This document shows positions 20,258 through 29,892 of a DNA stretch of 64,000 nt, piece by piece. Numbering within the stretch: position 1 is the first letter of the stretch; every line of letters begins with the position of its first letter. The DNA is from a virus (lineage: Duplodnaviria > Caudoviricetes): IMG/VR virus record IMGVR_UViG_3300035208_006730; one strand, given 5' to 3'. The notes under the pieces are model-generated. The model was not told where the DNA came from. It made no database searches and was given only the letters and a program-made list of their open reading frames with translations. The position numbers and the translations under genes are program-made.

Positions 20258-20863
20258 TTAGATCTTTCTAATATGGGGCGCATTAAATTTTTCCCAAATA
20301 TCGGAAGCGTCAAATGGTGCCGTGTTGTCCATATTCATTCCAAGAGCACTAAGGCCAGAATTAATTTGAGCTCTATTTTTCATTAGGCCCTCTTCTCGAC
20401 CAATTTGATATCGTCTCGTAGGCCAATCCGTTCTCTGTCTAATGGATGGAGGATTATTAAAATGTCTTCTCATTTGTTGTGGTGTTTCGCTTTTAATTAT
20501 CCTGCTTTTGTACGGATTATTTTCCCTTTGAAATCCATACTGTCCTCCATTATCCCATTCTGAACGATTTCCTTTTTTGAAATTGCCTCTCTTAAAAAAA
20601 TCCTTCAAAGTATCGTCTAAAGAGCTTGCTGGAGCACTTTCAACCGTTTTTCCAACAGAACTGCCCATTAAGCCACGAATATCATTTCTAATTGCTCCGA
20701 CAAAAGCACTACCCTTTGAACTTCTAATGAATCTAGCCGACTGCCCAGCTAAAGCTCCAAAAGCAGCACCAATCAAAACTCCAGTACCCAATCCAGTGTC
20801 TTCAGAAACACCAGAATAGAGAGCTCCAATAGCTCCACCAATTCCTGCGCCGATTAGAGACAT
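20258..20863 (-). CDS. Glycine-zipper protein (candidate internal/ejection protein)
   Basis: N-terminal GAGIGGAIGA...GAAFGALAG. Confidence 0.6.
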   Translation of the reverse strand: MSLIGAGIGGAIGALYSGVSEDTGLGTGVLIGAAFGALAGQSARFIRSSKGSAFVGAIRNDIRGLMGSSVGKTVESAPASSLDDTLKDFFKRGNFKKGNRSEWDNGGQYGFQRENNPYKSRIIKSETPQQMRRHFNNPPSIRQRTDWPTRRYQIGREEGLMKNRAQINSGLSALGMNMDNTAPFDASDIWEKFNAPHIRKI

Positions 20864-21327
20864 TACATCCTCCCTGAACGCCTAATGGCTCCAAATCTAT
20901 TTGCCTGTTTTCCTGCCCAAGAAGCAGCTAGACCCGAAATTCTAGTAAGAGGTTCGTTGGCACGGATACCAGAAGAATTCCCAAAGTCTACGGCAAAGTT
21001 TCTAACCGAATTCATCATAGAAAGTCCCATAGAACCTACAGAAAATCTCGAGCCACTCAAAAAGGCAGCACCAATATTTTGATTACGCCCCATAACTCGA
21101 CCTGCTATAGCTCCAGCTCCAATACGACCGGCAGAAAACATCCCACCCATCATTGCTCCCTGAAGAGCTCCACCAATCATTGTATTATTATCAGAAAATG
21201 CTCCATAAGCAGCACCCACGCCTGCGCCCGAGAGAAGATTTCGACCTAATCGAGTTGAAGTTCCCATACTCCCAAGGTAATTCGCAGCCGCACCAAACCA
21301 CTTGCTTATTACTGGCATCGGTAACAT
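20863..21327 (-). CDS. Glycine-zipper protein
   Basis: GAGVGAAYGAF...GGALQGAMMGG; AGGAG RBS. Confidence 0.6.
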   Translation of the reverse strand: MLPMPVISKWFGAAANYLGSMGTSTRLGRNLLSGAGVGAAYGAFSDNNTMIGGALQGAMMGGMFSAGRIGAGAIAGRVMGRNQNIGAAFLSGSRFSVGSMGLSMMNSVRNFAVDFGNSSGIRANEPLTRISGLAASWAGKQANRFGAIRRSGRM

Positions 21328-21335
21328 TTATTCTC

Positions 21336-22139
21336 CTATCTCATCATTGGAGTGTGCATGAGCATAGCTTCGTTGCCCATTGCAGCTCGACCATTAATAA
21401 AACCTCTCTGAATAGCCATCAGAGACCTCTGTCTCAAAGTAGCAGCATTCCCAAACTGATCTTCAATCGGACTGCAGAATTCTAACTCTCTCAATCCTCG
21501 AGTCTTCTTCTGACCATACTCAAGAGCTTTGTAGGTTCCGTAGGCTGCAGCACCAATGGCAGCTGCAGGCAAAACAGCAGACGATAAGCCACCAAGACCC
21601 ATCGAAGCAGCTATTGCTTCGCCAGCCCCTTGAGCTCCCCACATTACTGCACTCTTTCCAAGACTTTTGGCTGCACCCCAAACGCCACCTTCTTTAAACC
21701 CCTGATAGACCTCGAACGCGGTAAATCCTACCGGTAGCGCACCTTTGGCTACAGTGCCCGCTAAACTCTTAATACCGCCCTTAGCAGCCGTTCTAAACGT
21801 ACCAACTGGACCAAACTTTGAAGCTCCTTCAACCCCAGAAGCTACTTGTTTAGCGCGCTCACCTTCCCAACCCAAGAAACTCATACCACCAACACCTTCA
21901 TTCTTCATCCAACCGACAGATTGAAGCGCTCCGTACTTAGCTCCTCGAGCCATACCAGAGTTCCAACCCCCTCGAAGAAGACGCGATCCTCTCATGTACT
22001 CTGAACCTGAAGACCGTTTGGGGGCGATGGTACTAATTCCCATACCCATTCCAATATTCGCCCCAATGTCAGAGAAAAACCCTCCTCCAACACCAGTCTC
22101 AGGAGCCATATCGTTCATTGAATAGCCGCTTAATCCCAT
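21336..22139 (-). CDS. Gly/Ala-rich putative membrane-inserting virion protein
   Basis: GxxxG-rich; C-terminal AATLRQRSLMAIQ...GNEAMLMH. Confidence 0.65.
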   Translation of the reverse strand: MGLSGYSMNDMAPETGVGGGFFSDIGANIGMGMGISTIAPKRSSGSEYMRGSRLLRGGWNSGMARGAKYGALQSVGWMKNEGVGGMSFLGWEGERAKQVASGVEGASKFGPVGTFRTAAKGGIKSLAGTVAKGALPVGFTAFEVYQGFKEGGVWGAAKSLGKSAVMWGAQGAGEAIAASMGLGGLSSAVLPAAAIGAAAYGTYKALEYGQKKTRGLRELEFCSPIEDQFGNAATLRQRSLMAIQRGFINGRAAMGNEAMLMHTPMMR

Positions 22140-22915
22140 TAGCCATGTCTCCTCTGATGGAGGCCATTTACTAACCCATTGGTACTATTTGCTAATTGAG
22201 AAAAACCAGCGACAGAAGAAGAGCCAGAGCTACCAGAAGAAGGCAGTTCACCATTACTTTGAAGTTCACTTTCCATTAAAGCTCTTTCGTCGTACGTTCT
22301 GACTAAAGAAGCTTGACTCATTGAAGAAGTTGTTTCGGGAATGGCCCCAACAGCAGAAAGAGCCGGACCTCCAAGAAGTGCAGCTCCAGAAACCGCAGCA
22401 GTAGCACCAAGGATGGCGTTTGGATTATTTTTTGCCCAACGGCCTAACCCCTTAGCTCTATTATAGGCTCCAAGCGGAAGATTTGCGTTGCTCGCACGCC
22501 CGACAAGATTCTTTGCTCCAGAAGCTAATGAGTCAGCCCCTCTTCTCAAGAAAGAAGAGCCAAGTTTACCTGCCATTGTCAAACCCAATCCAGCAGTAGC
22601 TCCACCCAACATTCCTTGAGTAATATCTGAAAATCTATTTTCTGAAGTAGTTCCAGGTCCGAAAGCTGCTTGATAGGCTCCACCAATACCTGCGCCCAAC
22701 AATCCACGCTTAACAAAGCCCGCATCTTTCCAGGCACCTATCCCCAAGTATTCTCTAGTGTTTTTAAGAAAAGATCCTTCAGCAAGTTTGCCTGAAAAAC
22801 TACCTGCAGACCAATGGGCCAATCCTCGGCTAGCACTGCCCACGGCTTGAGCGGCAGATCCAGCTGCACTGAGGCCTAATTTACCAAGTCCAAATAATTG
22901 AGTTCCAAGGGACAT
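22139..22915 (-). CDS. Glycine-zipper protein
   Basis: GLLGAGIGGAY...QGMLGGATAGLGL; GGAGG RBS. Confidence 0.65.
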   Translation of the reverse strand: MSLGTQLFGLGKLGLSAAGSAAQAVGSASRGLAHWSAGSFSGKLAEGSFLKNTREYLGIGAWKDAGFVKRGLLGAGIGGAYQAAFGPGTTSENRFSDITQGMLGGATAGLGLTMAGKLGSSFLRRGADSLASGAKNLVGRASNANLPLGAYNRAKGLGRWAKNNPNAILGATAAVSGAALLGGPALSAVGAIPETTSSMSQASLVRTYDERALMESELQSNGELPSSGSSGSSSVAGFSQLANSTNGLVNGLHQRRHG

Positions 22916-22938
22916 TTTCGTCCTCCAAGAAGATTATA

Positions 22939-25900
22939 TCACCATTTCTTTGTACGATTATTCACTTCAGTTAAATAAGGAACTCCCTGTTGTGCAGTTT
23001 GAACGCTAGAGAAAGCAGAATGAGAAGAACCTCCACCCTGAGCAGCATTAAACATCTGAGCTTGAGCGGAGCGCTGATTTGAGGCCATAAAATCGACCCG
23101 CTGAGTCGTTTCAGTTTTTACCGGAAAATTCCCAACTGGTTGCGTTTGTTCAACTGGTTTCTGGGTCCGTTCTTCTACTTGTATTGAAGCCTGAGAAAGT
23201 CTAGCCTGATTCGCCTTAATCCTTTCCATTGTCTGTCTTCTCCACATTAAAAATTCCGTAACATCATCTCCCATCCCCTCAATTCCCAATGGCGAAAGAA
23301 GATAGTTTTGTGGACGAGACATAATGGCTCGCGTCCCAGAATCCATTTCGGCAAGATATGCTGCCCTAAAGGCGTCATCATGTTCTAGTTCGCCTTTACC
23401 TGTCGTTACAATACGTCTAACACGTTCAGCTCCCTCTTCCATTAAATCTGTTTGTTCTGTAATAGCCCTCAAATTAGATGATTCTTTTTTAGAAAAGGCC
23501 ACACCAAAGTCAATAAGCTTAAATTTAACGTCATTTCCTTCTCTTTTGAAAACTATATTTGCCCTATTAATATCTGCATGCATTATGTCGCCTTTGGACA
23601 TTTTTTTAAATGCATCTGCAGCCCAATCAGAAAGTTTTACAGTTTCTTCTTCAGATAAAACACTTTCTTCTACTAATTTGGCATCTTTAAACCTTTTTTC
23701 AAGGATACTGCTTCCAGCATTTTCCATCAATAATGCATCTTTCTGAAAACCGTAAACTTCTGGAACCATTTCTCCATATTCTTCTCGAGCTGCCTTAGTT
23801 AACCTAGCCTCACGTCCAAGATTTAGTTCGTTGTTTTTAGCTAAAATACGAGCGTCAATATTAAGGCCTTCAAGTTCCCTGCCTCGAAGCATCATTGTTC
23901 CAGCACTAAATCCTTGAATTTTTGCGCCAGCTAAATGGGGTAATTCGGTCTTCAGAACTGCCTTACCTTTGCCAGGAACCCAAGCGTTATAAGCTACACC
24001 TTGAGCTCCAGATCCCAATTTATTTAAAACATAGGCTTCCGTTTCGCCAACGCTAACTTTTAGTTTTTCTCCGAGTCCCTCCTTAATCAAAGATTGCATT
24101 TCGCTTTCTGCAGCCTCTGGAGCTGCAGAAAGAATCTTACTGATACGTTCTTCTGGTAAAATTCTGGCCGCTTTATCGGCTAGAGTAGAAATAAATCCTG
24201 AACCAAATGGGGTCATTAGATGTCGAATCTTCGCAGACAGACCTACTTCAGACATGCCCTCAATTATATTAAAAGAAAACTTATCTCCCCAAGCCTGTTT
24301 GTCTGATTGCTTCTTATCTTTCCTCCACATTGACTTTCGAAGTTTTCTTCCCATCATTCGAGCTTTAATAAACTCTTCTTCGGTCAACTGTCGATCTTGA
24401 TCTCCTAGGGAATAAAGAAAGGATTGGTAGGCGCCCAAATTTAAATTTTCTGACAGTTTATCAATACTTGCAAACGTATTGTAGGTTATTGGCTGACCCA
24501 TTTGCTGTTTTGCTTCAGCAATGGCCTGATATCTTGCCAAACCCCACATCCCAATGCCCTGCTCTCGTGCAGCAAGTTCAGCTTGGGCGGTATGCTTTCT
24601 TGTAACTAATTCTTCTGAAGCCTCACCGAATGGCAAAGCCGATACAGCTCCTCTTCGAATTAGTTCTACGTTTAGGTTGGTCTTGTCAGATACGACAGCC
24701 CCGAGGTAACGACCGTAGGTCATTTGCGAAGGATCAATAATTACTGAAGCAGCTGGATTCTCTGCAAGGAGTTTTCGAAGCTCTGCGGTGGCCTCTTGCC
24801 CTCCAGGTTGTTCCTGGTTGATACGTAGTTGGGAAAGAAGAGAACCTTCAGAGTGGCCTGCGGTCTCGGGCGCATCTATACCCGCGAGGCGAATAGAGAT
24901 TTGTCCATATCCAAATTTAGCTTTTAACCAGTTTGCTATTCCAGAACGTCGAAGAACTAGAGTATCAGCGTCTTCCACATCCATAATAAACTGGTCAAGT
25001 ATAATTCTCTTTAATTGTTTGCCTTTTTCGTTGAGAGCTTCTATTTCTGAGGCATTTGCGGCAATTAGATCAGAATCGAGAAGTTGGCCCATCTTTGCTT
25101 GGGTCTCAGCTTCTTCTTTCTGCAATTGGGCCTGAAGATTTCCTCTGATTGTTGGATCGTCCCAAATGTCGCGCCGAAATTCTCTAATCCTTGGGTCTAT
25201 CAGTTGACCCATCAAAGCATCTGGAATTGGTTGTTTCGCAAACGGGATATTAGTATCATCTCCCGCAACAGCCCCTCCAGGAAGAGCTGGAACCTTTGTA
25301 ATGTCCTCTAAATCTCCAACATCATCCCCAGAGAATAGGGACAGAGGCTTCAACCAGGAAAGAAGACCAAGTCCACCAATAATCCCTGCAGCAATTTTAA
25401 ATTTACGATTTGGGCTAACCTGAGTAATAGAACGAAGAGGTGCTCCAACAATCTCTCCAGCATTTCTTTTGGAGAATGGGAGTTCTTCCTGAATAGCTTT
25501 TTCTATTTGTTCCCAAGAAGTCTCAGTTTTTGCTGCTCGAGTCCTGAACTCATCCCAATTAATTGTCTCATTTCTTTCAGTAGCAGCTTTAGCGGCACTA
25601 ATTAATCGGTTTTGTAGGGCCAGATCATGCCACTGCTTAACAGAAATCTCCCCCTTTGAAGCATAGATCTTCGCAAGAGTCGCAACGTCAGAAGAGACTT
25701 CGTGAGCTTCAGCAGAAGTAATCCCAAACAGTTTAGCTGCAATTTCCTGGGTCCAACCAGCGACTTTCTTTCTATCGATCAGATCAACGACTTCAGAAAC
25801 GTTTTTCCCTTGGGCAAATAGACCTGCGGCCTCTTTTCCAAGCGGATACATTTGCTTAATTAGATCTGGATCGTATTTGGCCGCAAGTTCTTCTGGAGAA

Positions 25901-26394
25901 AGGTTCTTAGTCTCTTGATAGATTGTGCTCGAGAGTTGAACGACAAATTCTTGAGCAAGATCTCTAATTGTAATCTTGTCGAGAACCTGATTAAACCGAG
26001 AAGTTAATCCATACTTTTGAGCTCTAGCGAGAATCATTGGAATATCAAAACCATTTACTCCCGGAGCAAGAATTGATCTTTCTCCGATATTCCAACCTGC
26101 TAGAACTGGATTCTCTGTCTGAGAAAATGCTTCAAGATCGTTCAGTAATTCAATTAGAAGTTCTTTTTCCTCAAGAAGTTTTCCTCCAGAAGCTAGCCGA
26201 GTCTTTTCTGCAAGGGGAATAATCCTCTCGCGGGCGAATTTTGAGATGAACGATCCTTCTGCAGGGGTTGAGTACATTACCCTGACGGGACCACCAACAG
26301 ATTGACCAACAGAGAGAATTGGAGAATTTGCGGTCAATCCTCCAGTTTCAATATCAATGAAACGTACATTCCCAAATTGATCAAAAGAAATCAT
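22939..26394 (-). CDS. Polyvalent protein: DEDDh 3'-5' exonuclease + thermonuclease (SNase) + Ser/Thr kinase-like domain
   Basis: Exonuclease DIETGGL / GWNI..FDIPMI / AHE..SDV; SNase DADTL..IRLAGIDAPE..YGRYL..NVELIRRG; kinase LGSGAQGVAY..VLK..HADINRAN..LIDFG. Confidence 0.85.
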   Translation of the reverse strand: MISFDQFGNVRFIDIETGGLTANSPILSVGQSVGGPVRVMYSTPAEGSFISKFARERIIPLAEKTRLASGGKLLEEKELLIELLNDLEAFSQTENPVLAGWNIGERSILAPGVNGFDIPMILARAQKYGLTSRFNQVLDKITIRDLAQEFVVQLSSTIYQETKNLSPEELAAKYDPDLIKQMYPLGKEAAGLFAQGKNVSEVVDLIDRKKVAGWTQEIAAKLFGITSAEAHEVSSDVATLAKIYASKGEISVKQWHDLALQNRLISAAKAATERNETINWDEFRTRAAKTETSWEQIEKAIQEELPFSKRNAGEIVGAPLRSITQVSPNRKFKIAAGIIGGLGLLSWLKPLSLFSGDDVGDLEDITKVPALPGGAVAGDDTNIPFAKQPIPDALMGQLIDPRIREFRRDIWDDPTIRGNLQAQLQKEEAETQAKMGQLLDSDLIAANASEIEALNEKGKQLKRIILDQFIMDVEDADTLVLRRSGIANWLKAKFGYGQISIRLAGIDAPETAGHSEGSLLSQLRINQEQPGGQEATAELRKLLAENPAASVIIDPSQMTYGRYLGAVVSDKTNLNVELIRRGAVSALPFGEASEELVTRKHTAQAELAAREQGIGMWGLARYQAIAEAKQQMGQPITYNTFASIDKLSENLNLGAYQSFLYSLGDQDRQLTEEEFIKARMMGRKLRKSMWRKDKKQSDKQAWGDKFSFNIIEGMSEVGLSAKIRHLMTPFGSGFISTLADKAARILPEERISKILSAAPEAAESEMQSLIKEGLGEKLKVSVGETEAYVLNKLGSGAQGVAYNAWVPGKGKAVLKTELPHLAGAKIQGFSAGTMMLRGRELEGLNIDARILAKNNELNLGREARLTKAAREEYGEMVPEVYGFQKDALLMENAGSSILEKRFKDAKLVEESVLSEEETVKLSDWAADAFKKMSKGDIMHADINRANIVFKREGNDVKFKLIDFGVAFSKKESSNLRAITEQTDLMEEGAERVRRIVTTGKGELEHDDAFRAAYLAEMDSGTRAIMSRPQNYLLSPLGIEGMGDDVTEFLMWRRQTMERIKANQARLSQASIQVEERTQKPVEQTQPVGNFPVKTETTQRVDFMASNQRSAQAQMFNAAQGGGSSHSAFSSVQTAQQGVPYLTEVNNRTKKW

Positions 26395-26423
26395 TTGCCT
26401 TACTCTCTAAATCGCATCGAAAA

Positions 26424-27170
26424 TTACTCTCCAGAATTAAGGAGATCATCTGGGGTCAAAACATCCTTTGGAAGTTCTACCTGTTTAATCTGTTTTTCGA
26501 TGATTTTAGCTCTTTTTTTCGAATCGGTTATGGAGGTATCGCCCTTGTCCTTCTGTTTCAATGCAGCTTGCTTTTTATAGATTTCTTGGGGATCTCCAAC
26601 CATTAATTTGATCAGTCTCTCTCTGCGAGCAGAGAGTTTCAACTTGGCTTCTAGGTAAGGAGTAATTTCGTAGACAGTAACGATCTGTCCTTTGAGATTT
26701 TGGGTAGTTTCGAGAATTAGATCTACGTTCTCTTTCATAGCCAAAGATTTATTAGTTCTCATTAAGAGAATCTCTATTTCAGCCAACTCGTTACAGTAGG
26801 CTACTTCTGCAGCATTAATTGGATTTACATCAAATCTTTCCATGTAACGAAGAAAGAATTCTGAATAGAAACTAATTTCTGCTGGACAGGGTTGACCGAT
26901 TGGGACTTTAGTAATTGGGAATGGACAGGTCTTTCTGTAGAAGCATTCTTCTTGACCAAGACATTCCATTGCCAGGAATGCTCCTGGGCCTGTAACGTAC
27001 TTGGTCATCAATGCTCTAATTCGAAGCATTTCTTCATTTGTGTATTGGATTGGGTTTTTATCAGGATTGAATGATAGCGCCTCGAGAAATGCTTTTTTGG
27101 CGAATTGTTTCTTTCCATCAGCGTCTTGTTCTGCGGAATAGATTGCTAGTTCTTTCTCTATTAATGACAT
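26424..27170 (-). CDS. Cys-cluster protein, first gene of the late operon (small-terminase candidate by position only)
   Basis: 248 aa; C..C....CP......PCP motif followed by a helical, charged C-terminus. Confidence 0.6.
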   Translation of the reverse strand: MSLIEKELAIYSAEQDADGKKQFAKKAFLEALSFNPDKNPIQYTNEEMLRIRALMTKYVTGPGAFLAMECLGQEECFYRKTCPFPITKVPIGQPCPAEISFYSEFFLRYMERFDVNPINAAEVAYCNELAEIEILLMRTNKSLAMKENVDLILETTQNLKGQIVTVYEITPYLEAKLKLSARRERLIKLMVGDPQEIYKKQAALKQKDKGDTSITDSKKRAKIIEKQIKQVELPKDVLTPDDLLNSGE

Positions 27171-27177
27171 CTTGTTA

Positions 27178-27310
27178 CCTGCTACTTTCTAAGTGATTGA
27201 TCACTATGAAATTCCTGCTTCAACGAAGATAGTTTCGTATCTTTTGATACCAGAGCTTTCTTCTCGACAGGCTTGACTTCCCGAGTAGCCCTCGGTAGTT
27301 GTTTTAAGTT
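27178..27310 (-). ncRNA. TnpB omega/reRNA scaffold overlapping the tnpB 3' end
   Basis: CCGAGGGCTACTCGGGAAGTCAAGCCTG...GAAGCAGGAA pattern after the last RuvC motif; boundaries approximate. Confidence 0.65.
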
Positions 27311-28351
27311 TAGGGCCGCATTATGATCACGATCTAAAACTAAACCACATTTACAATTAAAAGTCCGGTCTGATAACTGTAGGTCTTTGATGTCGCCACA
27401 AGAAGAACAGGTTTTGCTACTTGGAAACCAACGATCAGCAACTTGCAAATCAGTTTTATAAATTACCGACTTATAAGTTGTTTGTCGTCTAAACTCTCCA
27501 AAAGCGGCATCACTTAGAGACCTTGCTAGGTAACGATTCTGTACCATGCTCTTCACATTTAGATCTTCAATAATTATCGTTTGGTTTTCACGACAAAGTC
27601 TTGTAGTCAATTTATGAAGAGAATCCTGCCGGATATCTTTAATCTTGCAATGCAAACGAGCTAATCTATCAGCAGCTTTTTTGCGATTAGAAGATCCTTT
27701 TAGTTTTCTTGAATGTCTTCTAGAAAGCCTTTGTAAGCGCTTTAGATATTTACCTAAAGACTTGGGACCTTCTATTTTTTCATCAGTAGATAGAGTCGCT
27801 AGTGTAGTAATTCCAAGATCAACGCCAATCTTTTCGTTGCCAATACGGTCTTTATGGTAGTCACCAACATTAACTTGAACGGCAAGCATCCAACGGTCAG
27901 CTACTCGGCTAACGGTAGCGCTCATTACTTTGCCAGCGAACCTTAAGGTTTCTCGCATGCTAACCCAGCCAAGAACTGGAATCCTAACTTTCTTTTCGTC
28001 AAAAGAGATTTTATCGTTAGCAATGTAGAAAGAGTCTCTTTGTCCCTTTTTATGAAATTTAGGATACCCGGTTTTCTTTTTAAAGAAAGAACTAAACGCT
28101 TTTTGTAAGTTAGCGAAGGGTTGTGCGGTACAGTCTCTATGGACATCGCAGGTCCATGGAAACTCTTGTTTACGAATAGAGTTGAAGATCTTTTTAAGAG
28201 TTGAACTCTTGGGCTTCTCGCCTAACTCGTAACGTTGTTTCCATTGGCCAAGAGCCCAATTGTAAGAGAATCTAGCAGTACCACAAGCTTTCACAAAATA
28301 CTCTATCTGAGTTTTAGTTGGCATAAGTCTTATTTTATGAGAAAGAATCAT
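27182..28351 (-). CDS. tnpB: TnpB RNA-guided endonuclease (IS200/IS605/IS607 family)
   Basis: HTH_OrfB N-terminus; RuvC GVDLG, IIEDL and DRDHNAA; SSKTCSSC zinc finger. Confidence 0.95.
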   Translation of the reverse strand: MILSHKIRLMPTKTQIEYFVKACGTARFSYNWALGQWKQRYELGEKPKSSTLKKIFNSIRKQEFPWTCDVHRDCTAQPFANLQKAFSSFFKKKTGYPKFHKKGQRDSFYIANDKISFDEKKVRIPVLGWVSMRETLRFAGKVMSATVSRVADRWMLAVQVNVGDYHKDRIGNEKIGVDLGITTLATLSTDEKIEGPKSLGKYLKRLQRLSRRHSRKLKGSSNRKKAADRLARLHCKIKDIRQDSLHKLTTRLCRENQTIIIEDLNVKSMVQNRYLARSLSDAAFGEFRRQTTYKSVIYKTDLQVADRWFPSSKTCSSCGDIKDLQLSDRTFNCKCGLVLDRDHNAALNLKQLPRATREVKPVEKKALVSKDTKLSSLKQEFHSDQSLRK

Positions 28352-28467
28352 TTATTTCCGCCTGTTCATGTATATCACTATAGCACAACCACTTGTCAAA
28401 GGTCTAGAAGTACCTCCTAGAGTAGTTTACCAAGGAAAAGTATTTTTAACTAATCTAAAAATAGTTC

Positions 28468-28497
28468 TTGACACGACAATTTTGTCACTGCTATATT
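28468..28497 (+). promoter_or_regulatory. Sigma70-type promoter with a palindromic operator in the spacer
   Basis: TTGACA-18 nt-TATATT with extended TG; the spacer holds GACAATTTTGTC. Confidence 0.65.
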
Positions 28498-28679
28498 CTT
28501 AAGAGAGCTTTGAGTGAAGTATTGAACGAAAAGCGAACGACAGGATATGAAATTCAATCAATTTACTTTTCTCGGGCTGATGGCCCGAGAAATAAAACAA
28601 TGTATTCCGAAATAACTACCTCAGGAGTAATTGACTTCTAATTTACAAAGGAGTTAAACTGTAGACAGGGAGAGAAGAA

Positions 28680-28892
28680 ATGAATTACAAGAAAAAGTCT
28701 ACGATAGTTGAAGCCACAAGACATCCAGAATATTTCGAAATCAAATTACCAGATGGAAGAGTAATCGATGGTAACCCAGGAGATTGGGAAGTAGTTGATC
28801 TCGAGGGTAATCATTTTGTAGTTGGACATGAAATCTTTTTAAGAAGATACGAACCATTTGACGAGGAAGGATGGAACGCTTTTACAAAATGA
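28680..28892 (+). CDS. Small phage protein (PGDW motif)
   Basis: GNPGDWEVVD...IFLRRYE; GGAG RBS. Confidence 0.7.
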   Translation: MNYKKKSTIVEATRHPEYFEIKLPDGRVIDGNPGDWEVVDLEGNHFVVGHEIFLRRYEPFDEEGWNAFTK

Positions 28893-29083
28893 GAGAAGTA
28901 GGAGAGAAGTATACATTCCTAATAAAAAATTTCAGCGGCCCACTCTGGAAAGCCCTGAAATCCTATTCTAAAGAAGAAGGCCTTACCCTTAATAAACTAA
29001 TAGAAAAAATCCTCAGGAGTCATCTTGAAATGGAAGGTATCATCCCCCCAGGTTCTAAAATACTAGAGAAAGGAAAGAAATGA
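28889..29083 (+). CDS. Ribbon-helix-helix DNA-binding protein
   Basis: YTFLIKNFSGPLWKALKSYSKEEGLTLNKLIEKIL. Confidence 0.65.
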   Translation: MREVGEKYTFLIKNFSGPLWKALKSYSKEEGLTLNKLIEKILRSHLEMEGIIPPGSKILEKGKK

Positions 29084-29490
29084 CAGGCGAACAAGTTATT
29101 GAACTTTGGAAACAACATCAAAAAGAAGAAAGAACAGAACGTAAAGGAAAAGAAAGTTCCGAAAGATACTGGAAACAATCTGGAGCTCTAACAATAATCC
29201 TACCAAGACAATCCGGCAAAACAACAACTCTGATCCCAGCTCTAACAAGTTTTTTGGGACCCAATTGTATCGAAGTTACTCCAAGAATTAGATTTGAGAA
29301 TAAAGATCATCCACTAATTTACGAAACTAAAATAGCTTCTCTTTTTGAATGGTGGGAAAGGCCATTTGATCCTGCAGATTTTCACTGCATTGTAGATGAC
29401 TTTACATTTTGCAATCAAAAGTTTTTCGAAGGTAGATGGAAGTCTCTAACCCTATTTGGATCATTATCTGATATCAGGTTTGCACGATGA
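29080..29490 (+). CDS. Small P-loop protein (terminase-like Walker A)
   Basis: IILPRQSGKTT...CIVDD. Confidence 0.55.
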   Translation: MTGEQVIELWKQHQKEERTERKGKESSERYWKQSGALTIILPRQSGKTTTLIPALTSFLGPNCIEVTPRIRFENKDHPLIYETKIASLFEWWERPFDPADFHCIVDDFTFCNQKFFEGRWKSLTLFGSLSDIRFAR

Positions 29491-29687
29491 TTACTATCTC
29501 TAAAGATATGGAAGAATGCCTTGAAGCCTTTTGTAAGAAACATTCTCTCTCCCCCACAAGAGCTCTCAACCAAGCAATTAATGATTTTGTTTCTAGAGAT
29601 ATTGAATTCTCAATAGTAGGTGCACCAGTTCTTGCAAGATTGTCCGCGAAAGAAATTAAAAAACTCCAGAAAGTCTGTTCTGAATAA
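29487..29687 (+). CDS. Ribbon-helix-helix protein
   Basis: ITISKDMEECLEAFCKKHSLSPTRALNQAINDFV. Confidence 0.6.
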   Translation: MITISKDMEECLEAFCKKHSLSPTRALNQAINDFVSRDIEFSIVGAPVLARLSAKEIKKLQKVCSE

Positions 29688-29739
29688 TTCTTGCCTTTTA
29701 TCATTTGGTCATGGTATCCTGATAATCAGGAGGTGCTAA

Positions 29740-29892
29740 ATGAAACAAGGTGAAAGAAAAGAAGTCTGGATTTCCAAAGAACTCCACAAAAGAATCAAGA
29801 TCAAAGCCGTAACGGAGGATGTACGGATGGAAGATCTTGTAGCAAAAATCCTAACAGAAAAACTAGATGAAGAGGAAAAGAAGAATGACTGA
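29740..29892 (+). CDS. Ribbon-helix-helix protein (50 aa, not in the ORF track)
   Basis: AGGAGG RBS; KEVWISKELHKRIKIKAVTEDVRMEDLVAKIL. Confidence 0.7.
   Translation: MKQGERKEVWISKELHKRIKIKAVTEDVRMEDLVAKILTEKLDEEEKKND

Larger units (their letters stand above)
27176..28415 (-). mobile_element. Non-autonomous tnpB-only element, IS607-like
   Basis: Flanked by AGGTA on the minus strand (28415-28411 and 27180-27176). No tnpA; only a MNRRK* mini-ORF precedes tnpB. Confidence 0.65.
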
